Of a DNA stretch of 64,000 bases, positions 26,101-36,700 are shown piece after piece. Numbering within the stretch: position 1 is the first letter of the stretch; the number at the start of each line of letters is the position of its first letter. A program made the position numbers and the translations under genes. Where the stretch lies: positions 6,324,001-6,388,000 of the forward strand of contig CATNEN010000025.1 of assembly GCA_950097015.1 (NCBI GenBank), in the 5' to 3' direction. Source of the stretch: Macrostomum hystrix. Lineage: Eukaryota > Animalia > Platyhelminthes. The notes beneath the pieces are model-generated. The model made no database searches and was not told the DNA's origin. It saw only the letters and a program-made list of their open reading frames with translations.

Positions 26101-29002
26101 TTATTAGCTGGCGGGCCAAAGAGAGAATCTAAAAGACGACAGCGGGCCGCTTTGATTATAGAAATATTATATAAGGGCGAGATAAGACACAGGAGAGATG
26201 AGACACGGGAGAGATGAGACACGGGAGAGATGAGACACGGGATAGATGAGACACGGGAGAGACGAGACACGGGAGAGACGAGACACGGATGAGATGAGAC
26301 ACGGGAGAGATGAGACACGGGATAGATGAGACACGGGAGAGACGAGACACGGGATAGATGAGACACGGGATAGATGAGACATGGGAGAGATGAGACACGG
26401 GATAGATGAGACACGGGATAGATGAGACACGGGATAGATGAGACACGGGAGAGATGAGACACGGGAGAGATGAGACACGGGAGAGATGAGACACGGGAGA
26501 GATGAGACACGGGAGAGATGAGACACGGGAGAGATGAGACACGGGAGGGATGAGACACGGGAGAGATGAGACAGGATACTATAGGTGTTGGAAGGGCCAA
26601 AGCCGGATTTGGGAGCTTCGAGGGCCGCATCTGGCCCGCGGGCCGGAGTTTGCCGACCCCTGATCTAGAGGCTTCCGTTCTTGTTTTGCTTTTTCATTTC
26701 TTTTAATGAAGTCTACTTTTTATCTAGCTCAGAGTAAGAAAACTCCCAACAGATCCACAATGCTTGAATCGCACAAATTAACAATTTGCCAGATTTCGTC
26801 TAGTAGAGCAGCAGGTGATCGAGCTAAACCAGCTTTACCTGGAGCAGTGCTGGACTTCGCAGCATCCGTCAGCCGACACGGCGGCATCCTCCGAGATTTT
26901 CAGCCGAGTCTCGCCGCGCGACAACATCGCCCTGGCGGCTGTGCTGACGCCAACGGGAGCCTCAGAATCTTTACAAGCATCGCCTAGCAACGACTCGACG
27001 TCAACTAAGACGTCTCATTGTACCTCCCTTCTAGTATGCAATTCGCACGTGCACTGGGACCCCCAGCACCCGGATGTGAAGCTAATCCAGACTTTGCTGC
27101 TAGCTGGGGCTCTGGCGGCCATTGTTAACCGATACAAAGGCTGCTTGCCACTGCTGCTGTGCGGCGACTTTAACTCTCTGCCGCAGTCGGGTAAGTCAAC
27201 TATGAGTCTAATTGTCAGCATTGTTCTTCGGTTGCTAGGAGAATTTGAACTCCTCCTTCGAAGGAGGCGAATACTAAATGCATAAAAAAATACATGGCGG
27301 GTGAGTGGCGCAGAGCGGTCTAACGCGTTTGGCTCTCGCACCAACGTCCCTGAGCTCGACTCCGCGGCGAGGCCACATTCATTTAGGGCGCAGCCGCGGA
27401 GAGAAGGCTTGGGGGCTTGTCGTGCAATTTACGCCCTTGAGGGCCAACCTCCAAGGCACAGTGAAGTGTACACTGACTGACGATGAGAAAGTCAGGGCAG
27501 ATGTACACACCTGTGTGAGCGTGTGCCTGAGTACGGTATCTGTGTGCGTGTGTGCTCAGGAGTCAGCGAAATGGGCAGAATTGCCTCCTCGCTGACTGCT
27601 TTCAACGATTCAGTAAGGCAGCCAATCACCGAAGCCCTGATTACCCTGAATATTTGCCGTCAAATGGCATTTAGCATTTCCTGCAAAAGAAACATTGAAT
27701 CAATATTTGGCGATGATGCAGTCCCTGCTCACAATGTGATTGATCAAATGTACAACACAAACCATTTTGCTTTTTGAAAATTAATTTTTTCTGATTGACT
27801 GTAAATAAGCTTAATTAGATTTTCATCGCCGTCAATTCGATTAAATCGCAATTACTTTTCCTTTAGGCCTTTGATCATTGCTAAAATTTAATAATCATTT
27901 TGTCCTGTTTTTAGTTCTCCAGCTACTATAGTATAATAAAGAATTTTTGAACATCTATTTATCGTTTTTATCATTGTTAGCTCGTATTTATTAAAAAAAG
28001 CGATGGATATCACATGAAAAGAAGCATAAAACATCGTAGACTTAATTTCTACGAATGTATTTGAGTCCTTAGTCCCTGACTTCGAATCCGCGACCATGCA
28101 GGCCACCATTCATTAACGGGACAGACGCAAATAGGTTTGGCGTGCTTGTGCACTTTAAGCCGTTGAGGTCCAACCTACAAGGCACAGTGAGAGTGTACAC
28201 TGCCTGACGATGAGAAATGGACGCCTAGGCAGATGTACACACCTGCGTGTGCTGAGGAGTCAGCGGAATCGGCAGAATTGCCTCTAGATCTCGCTGATTG
28301 TGGATTTACTATAGCCTAGTGATGCGTCAGTGCATTATCGATCTTTTTAACATCCCATAAAATCGTTGTTCCCTATCTCACTACCGAACCGAACCACAAC
28401 GCTCTGCCAGGCGTGATAGAGTTCCTCACACTCGGCTCGGTGCCGCGCAGTCATCCGGACTTTCGCCGACTCGGCGAAGACCCCTCGCTTGACGGCCTTC
28501 AGGAAGCCGCCGCGGCAGCAGCCGCAGCCGCCGCAGCCGCCGCAGCCGCCGCCGCCGCGGCCGCAGCCACGGCGATGTCGATACCACCGAGCGCAGAAAC
28601 TCAGCCGGAAGTTAGGGACCAGAAGAGATTTTCGCATCAACTTGGTCTGCAGTCCTGCTACAGCGGCGTGGACACAACTTTTACTAATTACACGTGAGTA
28701 AAACAAATCTAAAGTGAAAATATTGATAATAAAGTGTCGATGATGTTCTTTCACGATAAAACAACTCTGGAATCGTCAGGCACGACTTCAAAGGTGTCAT
28801 CGACTACATCTTCGCCGCCAGGGACCACTTCCGGGTGCTGGACTGTCTGGACGGCTTGACAGATTGGCTGCGCTCCGAGGCCGTCCTGGGCTGCCCAAAC
28901 GCATACGTGCCATCCGACCACATACCGCTGATGGCGCGGCTGCAGCTGCTGACAGCGTGCCGTTCAGTGTCACCGTCGTCTTCCAAATCAACTGACGATT
29001 AA
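20156..29002 (+). CDS. CCR4/CNOT6-type EEP deadenylase, 613 aa, with no recognisable LRR domain
   Basis: Exons are 20156-20708, 25331-25557, 25632-25789, 26793-27190, 28411-28693 and 28780-29002 (1842 nt, phases consistent, intron 2 GC-AG). Motifs: MSYNILSDQYA, YCPDWALAWPYRR, LCLQE, FSPKSRA, VDGCAIF, DNIALAAVL, HVHWDP..PDVKLIQ, CGDFNSLPQSG, FTNYTHDFKGVIDYIF and PSDHIPL. Exon 1 is the least certain. Confidence 0.9.
21380..22890. repeat. Polypyrimidine (CT-only) minisatellite, about 11-bp subunit CTCCTTCTCTC, with a 606-bp internal duplication
   Basis: About 1.5 kb almost entirely C/T on the + strand. Diagnostic variants recur 606 nt apart (21685/22291 and 22181/22787). Confidence 0.97.
23700..24065. 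repeat. Degenerate CT-rich repeat (CTCTCCTTCTCACC-like)
   Basis: Low-complexity pyrimidine tract in CCR4-like intron 1. Confidence 0.9.
24548..25245. repeat. 20-bp minisatellite (ACCCGCTCTGGCCCTCTCTG / ACCCGCTCTGGCCGACCCTG), about 33 copies
   Basis: Direct tandem repeat ending about 90 nt before the exon 2 acceptor. Confidence 0.96.
25819..25890. repeat. (CA)n/CAGA microsatellite
   Basis: Run of CACACACACAGA units. Confidence 0.95.
26086..26662. mobile_element. Non-autonomous hAT (Buster/Charlie-type) MITE, 577 bp
   Basis: 15-bp TIRs CAGGGGTCGGCAAAC / GTTTGCCGACCCCTG and a perfect 8-bp TSD ATCTAGAG at 26078-26085 and 26663-26670. The nTCTAGAn target is the Charlie-type preference. Confidence 0.95.
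26180..26575. repeat. 16-bp minisatellite (GAGATGAGACACGGGA), about 24 copies, inside the hAT MITE
   Basis: Direct tandem repeat lying wholly between the TIRs. Confidence 0.96.
27296..27600 (+). mobile_element. tRNA-derived SINE family A, copy 1
   Basis: A-box TGGCGCAGAGCGG, B-box-like GAGCTCGACTCC and body CCTTGAGGGCCAACCTCCAAGGCACAGTG...CTGACGATGAGAAAGTCAG. Related copies occur at 28150, 31088, 43498 and 58385. Confidence 0.85.
28150..28290 (+). mobile_element. SINE family A, partial copy (body only)
   Basis: CCAACCTACAAGGCACAGTGAGAGTGTACACTGCCTGACGATGAGAAA...GGCAGAATTGCCTC. Confidence 0.75.
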
Positions 29003-29171
29003 TTTGTCCTGTTTTTTTCTACCTGTTGATTTATTGAGCGACCGTACTGATATCTTCGGCTTCTTCGAAACAAAAATTTCACCACCCACAATTTCTTGTG
29101 ATCTGTCTAAATTAGCAAAAACTAAATTTCTTGGTCCGCTGAATTATCAATGCACCGAGCTGACTCACTGA

Positions 29172-30238
29172 GTTGTTTGATTGATTCAATGATTTGATTG
29201 TTTGATTCAATAAGTTGATTGTTTGATTCAATTAGTTAATTGTTTGATTCAATTTGTTGATTGTTTGGTTCAATGAGTTGATTGATTGATTCAATGATTT
29301 GATTGATTGATTCAATTAGTTGATTGATTGATTCAATTAGTTGATTGATTGATTCAATGAGTTGATTGATTGATTCAATGAGTTGATTGATTGATTCAAT
29401 GAGTTGATTGATTGATCCAATTAGTTGATTGATTGATTCAATGAGTTGATTGCTTGATTCAATGAGTTAATTGATTGATTCAATGAGTTGATTGATTGAT
29501 TCAATGAGTTAATTGATTGATTCAATGAGTTGATTGATTGATTCAATAAGTTGATTGTTTGATTCAATTAGTTAATTGTTTGATTCAATTTGTTGATTGT
29601 TTGGTTCAATGAGTTGATTGATTGATTCAATGATTTGATTGATTGATTCAATTAGTTGATTGATTGATTCAATTAGTTGATTGATTGATTCAATGAGTTG
29701 ATTGATTGATTCAATGAGTTGATTGATTGATTCAATGAGTTGATTGATTGATTCAATGAGTTGATTGATTGATTCAATGAGTTGATTGATTGGTTCAATG
29801 AGTTGATTGATTGATTCAATGAGTTGATTGATTGATTCAATGAGTTGATTGATTGATTCAATAAGTTGATTGTTTGATTCAATTAGTTAATTGTTTGATT
29901 CAATTTGTTGATTGTTTGGTTCAATGAGTTGATTGATTGATTCAATGATTTGATTGATTGATTCAATTAGTTGATTGATTGATTCAATTAGTTGATTGAT
30001 TGATTCAATGAGTTGATTGATTGATTCAATGAGTTGATTGATTGATTCAATGAGTTGATTGATTGATTCAATGAGTTGATTGATTGATTCAATGAGTTGA
30101 TTGATTGATTCAATGAGTTGATTGATTGGTTCAATGAGTTGATTGATTGATTCAATGAGTTGATTGATTGATTCAATGAGTTGATTGCTTGATTCAATGA
30201 TTTGATTGATTGGTTCAATTAGTTAATTGATTGATTCT
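29172..30238. repeat. 21-bp minisatellite (TCAATGAGTTGATTGATTGAT), about 50 copies, with higher-order blocks
   Basis: Tandem array starting about 170 nt after the CCR4-like stop. A variant block recurs at 29211, 29547 and 29862. Confidence 0.97.
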
Positions 30239-31087
30239 TAATTTACTTGTAAGTTTCTTGGATTGACTAAGCTGCTTGGGTGATACACTGAGTTAGTTGG
30301 GTGACTTGTTGCATTGATTGCTTGAATCGCAAAATACTTTTTTAATTCATCTTCATTCATCGAACTGACATTTTATTGATTTTATTGATAGATTAATTCG
30401 GCGAATTTCGCGGAAATCTCTCGATAACATGTAATTTTCACTTTGATAAATGGAAAATCCCTATTTTCTGAACATTTCGGCCAGCTTCATTCATGTTTCA
30501 TTCCATTCATTCTTCATGAATCCGAAGTCATGCTGCATTGCATGTTGGCAAAACCCTTAGTAAAATTTATCCTGATGTTTAACATATCATTTTTTAGTTT
30601 TATTTTGTTTGTTACTCGTGTTTGACATATTCTGTGCCCGAGTCACGTGATGTTTCATTTCGTTCCTTTGCCAATCAGAAGTGTCCAGGTGTCATAAGTT
30701 TTTACGTATTTTACCCAGGCGGAAGGTAGCTGACTAATAGTTACTGTCGTCCTGTAAAGTTTGGCTGTGGAAACTGCAAATTTCTAATAATTTTTGTCAA
30801 TCACTGGTTTATCATGGAAAATCGCGAAAAAAAATACAGACGTGTTGGAAATTATATGCAGAAATTATATTTAAATGGTTATGACAAAGTATAACATCTT
30901 GGAGAAGGTTAGCGCATATTTAGCTACATTTTAGGAAAGTTCAATGTATGATTTTATATCACTACACATTATTATGTCACCTAAATTAGCCAATGGTTAT
31001 GATAATCAGCAACTAACGCATGCTTTTACTAAAAAATGGAATCTAACTTCGAAAAAAATGTTACTATGCTTAGCTGTATTGATTGAA

Positions 31088-31420
31088 GGGGTTCGGTGAC
31101 ATAGCGGTTAACGCGTTTGCCTCTCGCACTAATGCCCCTAAGTTCGATTCTGCGGCGAGGCCACATTCATTTGGTAGGCTTGGGGGCTGGTCGTGCAATT
31201 TATGCCCTTGAGGGCCAGTGAAATGTACACTGCCTGACGATGAGAGACCTGTGACACACCTGTGTGAGCGTGTGCCTGTGTACAGTATCTGTGTGCGTGT
31301 GTGCTCGGGAGTCAGCGGAATGGGCAGAATTGCCTCCTCGCTGGCTGCGGGTCTAGTGTCACCAAATGATGTGCCATTGCCCGCAGCTCTCCTGCAAATA
31401 AAAATAAATAAAAATAGCTG
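31088..31420 (+). mobile_element. SINE family A, copy with an A-rich tail
   Basis: Head GGGGTTCGGTGACATAGCGGTTAACGCG, shared body, and 3' end TTGCCCGCAGCTCTCCTGCAAATAAAAATAAAT. Confidence 0.82.
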
Positions 31421-31607
31421 TATTAAAAATGTTAGGCAACATAAAATGCTATACGATGTATACTCATGACAAAATAATCAGAGTAGTAGACATGATTAGT
31501 AATCATGAAAAAATATTCAAAGGAAGTTGAAAAATGTATTTTCATATTGAATTTTTATTGCCCACTTGAACACCAGAACTGTAAACAGATTGATAAAATG
31601 CTGCAGC

Positions 31608-32762
31608 TCAGATTTCATAATTGCGAAATTTGCTCAACAGAGAACCAGCAGGAGCTTCTGATGGCTGTGTGCGACGCCAATAAGCTGTCACATCGGCGAC
31701 TGCTTGCACTGAAAGTTAACGTTTAGAAGCGTTACTTCTAAACTCTTATTACTCCCCTCCTTCAGCTGCAGCCACCCCCATTCCTCTCGTCATCTCTTAT
31801 CTGCCTCCTTCAGCTGCAGCCACCCCATTCCTCTCCTCATCTCTTATCTGCCTCCTTCAGCTGCAGCCACCCCATTCCTCTCCTCATCTCTTATCTGCCT
31901 CCTTCAGCTGCAGCCACCCCATTCCTCTCCTCATCTCTTATCTGCCTCCTTTAGCTGCAGCCATCCCCATTCCTCTCCTCATCTCTTATCTGCCTCCTTC
32001 AGCTGCAGCCACCCCATTCGTCTCCTCATCTCTTATTTGCCTCCTTCAGCTGCAGCCACCCCACTCCTCTCCTCATCTCTTATCTAGCTGCAGCCAACCC
32101 CTTCCTTCTATGCATTTACTAATTAAAAACGCTCTTATTGTACCGTTACTAGTGGACTGTCCAGTCTGGTTGCGAGTCGGCTGTTCAACCATGGGCGTCT
32201 GGTCCACAGTGGTCGCCCAGTGCATGCTAGTGTACATTTTCAAATTCTTCCACTGATCAAATGAGACACCCATCAGTTTGCCGGAGTTGCGCCATTGATC
32301 ATAGATTCTGCGCTCCTGTGGATCTGTCAGCACTTTCTTAGCCATGGACAATATCTTGAATTTTTCAGCTGAAAAAATAGACAACAAAAGTTATAGGCCT
32401 AATTAATTTAGTAAAAAAAACTAAAAAATCTAAATCTAATGCATACTAGGCCTTCTGTACGCCTTTTTACTAACTACTAAATTGTATATTTAGTAACTAA
32501 ACACAATGACAAAATAGTTCGTAGTGAAAAATTTACTTGAAATAAACAAGAGAATATAGAAAAACTTACATTCATTACCATCTTCATTTTTGTCAGGATG
32601 AAACTGTAGAGCCTTTGCCCTATATTCAGCCATGATTTGTTCCATCTAAAACAAAAAAATTTCTTTTATAGAGCAGACAACCATACTAACAAAAAAAATG
32701 CAAATTTTACTGACTGTTGATGATGGAACAACTCCAAGGATGTCATATAAATCCTGATCCAT
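31608..32762 (-). CDS. DNAJC12: DnaJ homolog subfamily C member 12 (JDP1), 149 aa
   Basis: Exons are 32762-32715, 32645-32570, 32368-32144 and 31708-31608 (450 nt, phases consistent). Motifs: DLYDILG, EQIMAEYRAKALQFHPDKN, YDQWRNSG..SFDQW..TSMHW, and C-terminal LLSKFRNYEI* matching the DNAJC12 tail. Confidence 0.9.
31755..32100. repeat. 47-bp minisatellite (CCTCCTTCAGCTGCAGCCACCCCATTCCTCTCCTCATCTCTTATCTG), about 7 copies, in DNAJC12 intron 3
   Basis: Direct tandem repeat with period 47. Confidence 0.95.
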
Positions 32763-33788
32763 TGCAGATTCAAAGCTGAAATGAAACAACCAAAATAATT
32801 TGAACTTGTTATATGTTGCAATATATAATATCAAAAGTTAGCTTTCTTTTTACAGTAACTAATATTTTGTTCCTTAACCACATTTTTATAAATTGATTAA
32901 TTGAACTTAAGGAAAATAGAAATATATGTAGAATTTGAACATTGAACTTAAATTCTTAAATGAATCTGTTAATTCATGTAAATAAAAAAATGTTAGTAAA
33001 CAAGCATTAGTAGACATTTTCATTCAATGTACAACTGATTTTTTTGCCTGTGTGTCTTATACACAATTAATTTACAAGCCATCAATGTGCGAAGTAATGT
33101 CACTTATGTGACAGACAAGTGTCTAAGATACATTGAATAAATGGTAAAGTATATACCTAATATATTTAGGGAACTAAACATATTTGGTATTATAACAAAT
33201 ATAGTTAATATTCGCAGGAGGGCCTTTCGCATTTGAACATCATTTAGCGACGGTGGACATGGCCAGTGCGGCCATATCGTTCTTTGGCCTTCCTAGAAAG
33301 TCATGCAATCAAAAATCTGACAAAATCAAATTTCGAGAAAGCGCAGTAACAAATTTTCAAGGCAAACTGCCAAAAAAGAAGATTAAAGAACTATAAATGA
33401 ATCTCAGGTCTTTCTTTTTTTACTAAATGTATAAACTAGTATGTTTACAGATTTTCTAAACCTCAAAAAAAATTCTAGGAACAAACAGAGAAAACACGAC
33501 GCAACACGCTTTCTCCTCCACTGAATTTTCAGCGAAAGCAATTAAGTTGCAAAAGTGCGAAAATAAGTTGATCAAAGCGTCAATTATAAAGCATTTTATC
33601 TGTTCTTATATTTGTCTGTAATGTCCCAAGTCTAGATTTTTCGTATAATCTATAGAATAGTAAAGTTATCTAGACCTAGAAAGTCGATCTAAAATATAGA
33701 ATAATCGGCCTAGAATCGCCTTCAAGTGTTTGATTTCGTTGCATATAGTGTGTCAAGTATACGATAATCTGATTAAAAAAATTGCAAA

Positions 33789-36700
33789 ATGCAGTCCAAT
33801 GTCGACACGCATGAAGTTGTTACATCAATGGATTCTGAATCATCGAAGCGAGCTGCAGTAGAGGAACATACCTCAGTCGAAAGTAAGCTTTAGTTATTTA
33901 TATTGTAGGGCCTATAACTTACTTCTTTACCACCTCATCAAATATTATAGCAGATACTTCAGAGCAAGTTGTTTCTTTATTTATATAGCTAAGTAGTCAG
34001 TAAAATTTAACTAGCTATAAAACTAAAAGCTTAGACCTCACTGCTTCCACAATAACTAGCTTTATTTATTGTTTATATATATACTAAAATTTTGTAAACA
34101 TACCATATACCCCTTAGTCCATATCATGCTGTCCATACAGACACACCAGAAGAAATTAGACATGTATTCTTTATTTAAGGCCAAATTATACCCACTAGAA
34201 TAGGACACCAAGAATTTAGAATAGTGTTTGTGTTGAATAGTGTTTTAAATAGACATTTAAAATGTTATTTAAAAAACATGAAAGATTAAAATAATAATCT
34301 TACAATTCCTTACCTTTGTGATTAAAAACATTTTAAATAGTGATGAAATGCAGAAAGTGTAAACAATGAATAAATAAAAATATATATATCAAAGAAATTG
34401 TTGAAAAAAACAACAAAAACTTATATAAGTTCCTAGATTTACTTTACTATACAACAATATTGCACAATTTGCAACCAAAGTTGTGCTAATAAATGACTTG
34501 GTTCTGTTTCCATCCAAACTTTTGCAGCATTAAATTTATGCTAAAATATATGGCAGTTTTTACATTAACATTTTATGCCATATATACCAGCACCAACATT
34601 ATTTTTGCAACCAAGTTTTATGCTAAACTACATGATCTGGACTATGGTCCATACCATGTAGCTATGTAAGTAATATACATGCAAGGTATCAAGGAATAGC
34701 AAGTTATTCTACTGTTTTTGACTTGCAACCTATCCTTTCCTAATCTTTTTTTGGTCTAGTGACATCCATAGTCTAGATCATTGCATGGCATACGTGCCAA
34801 ACTACAAGTTCCTATTTTTATTGCACACTAAAAGCTACTCTTTGTATGCCAACTTCATAATTTTTTTACTAAATATATGCCGATTCCAAAAAATCTAAAT
34901 AAAAAATTAAACATGTAAAACAACTTTGTTTGCACACAATTAGAAAGAGTCTAACATTTTAAATTACATCTAAAATAATTATTATACAGATTTATTTACA
35001 GATGTATTATATTTATATATTAAGCAAGACTTATTAACTTTAAGTTAGTTCATTTGCAACTCAGCACAGGTTTCCTCTATTATATGTTTATATGCCAGGT
35101 TGAAACTGGTTTGAATGCCAACTTGATTTACTTGTGTACATTTAAGTCAAGTATAAACCAACAGCCACTGAGGCTCCTACATTGGAAGTGTAAAGTTTAG
35201 CACTTAAGCCTTAACTTAGCAATATATACAAGCATTATATTACAGGCTCATATATTTATTGGTGTATGCTGAGTGTGGTATACACAAAGAATCAAACCTG
35301 CATCATAAGTGTAAATTTACAGTGCAGAAAAATACAAAATAGATGCAATTGAAACATTAAGTGCAGGTGTTTGCTATGCAAAGATACACTTTAAATATTT
35401 AAAGTGCAGTACATATAGTAAGTGCTCACAATCCCTATCAATCAATCAAATCATTCCATGCCACTGAAATGAATTTTTTTTGTCAATCAAAAGTAAGATA
35501 AATAATATAATGAAAAAGTATTGCTTGCTGCCTTTTTGACATACTAGTTGTTCAGAAAGTACATATTCAAGAAATGTATATTGTGCCTCAATACAAGTGT
35601 TTTAACATATGGACAAATAAATAATTAACAATAACATGCTTACTACAAAAATTACTACAAAAAATTGACAGGAAAAGTTGTTACAGCCAGTAAGAGATCA
35701 ATTCTGGTTAAGAAAATTTCTATTTTATATGCAACTATGTTCCAGTTGCCTTTAGATGATTCAAATTGTCAAGTGCAACAGTAATGACAATCACATCCAT
35801 TTTGGTCTGACAATGGCTGGTCATACATTCTCTAATTTCATCTTAGTCAACACAATCAAGATGTCAGTAAGGGCGATTGTCTCATCCTTGGCATCTAGAA
35901 ATGTATGTAAACTTATTGTATAAAGGACAGACTGCATTACATTGTCTGCCATTCCTGTGTATTTTTAATCAGTTCCACACTATTTTATCATGTAATCATT
36001 AATGTAGGATGAGGTGGTTGTTGTTGTTAATTTCAGCCAGACTGGGGGTTGGTCTGTGCCTCGACCTCCTTGAGATAGTTCAATATGCACCTGCTGTTGT
36101 CATGGAGCATTCAGAGACTTTGGTGGTTGCCGAGGTGATGGGCTCTGGCTTGCTTGTGAGTGCGGCATGTTACGATCATGTGCTCCAGGTCCTTGTTGGC
36201 TTTACTGCAGTGTGGGCATGTTGGGCTGTTGGCTTGGTCAATGCGGTGCCAATATTTCCGGAGCAGAGGCGATTGGCCGGTGCGGAGCTGTGCGAGAGTG
36301 ATTCTTTCTCTTCTGGCGAGAGGTTCGAATCTGCTGTCGCTGTCAGCGAGACGGTGGGAGGTGCAGCGGGTTCATTGTTACACCGGTTGTGAAAACGAGT
36401 TTTGATGACGCGGGTGATGGCTGCACTGGCCGCGAAAAGGCTGATGTTAGCATCGGAGTGGTCCAGGGCAGAACCGGCTTTGGCGGTTGAGTCTGCGTAT
36501 TCGTTGAGCAGAAGCCCGGCGTGGCCTGGTACCCATTGTAGGTCTTTATGAGTCGCGGCCTAGATTGTCAGGAGGAGCTCCCAGATGGTGCAGAGCCTTG
36601 ATTGAGGGAGCGCAGGAGGGACTGTGAGTGTGTCAGGCATCTGATGCGATTCGGCATTTGGCCTGTAAAGACAAATACTACAGGCAGATTGATGGATGCG

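Noticed and set aside
24431-26630. Minus-strand RAGQ- and SHLSRV-repeat ORFs
   Set aside because: They are artefacts of the 20-bp and 16-bp arrays.
27476-27495. CTGACGA...GAAA in SINE family A as a hammerhead ribozyme
   Set aside because: Only 3 nt separate the two core motifs (no stem II), there is no helix III/NUH arrangement, and the segment folds as a simple hairpin.
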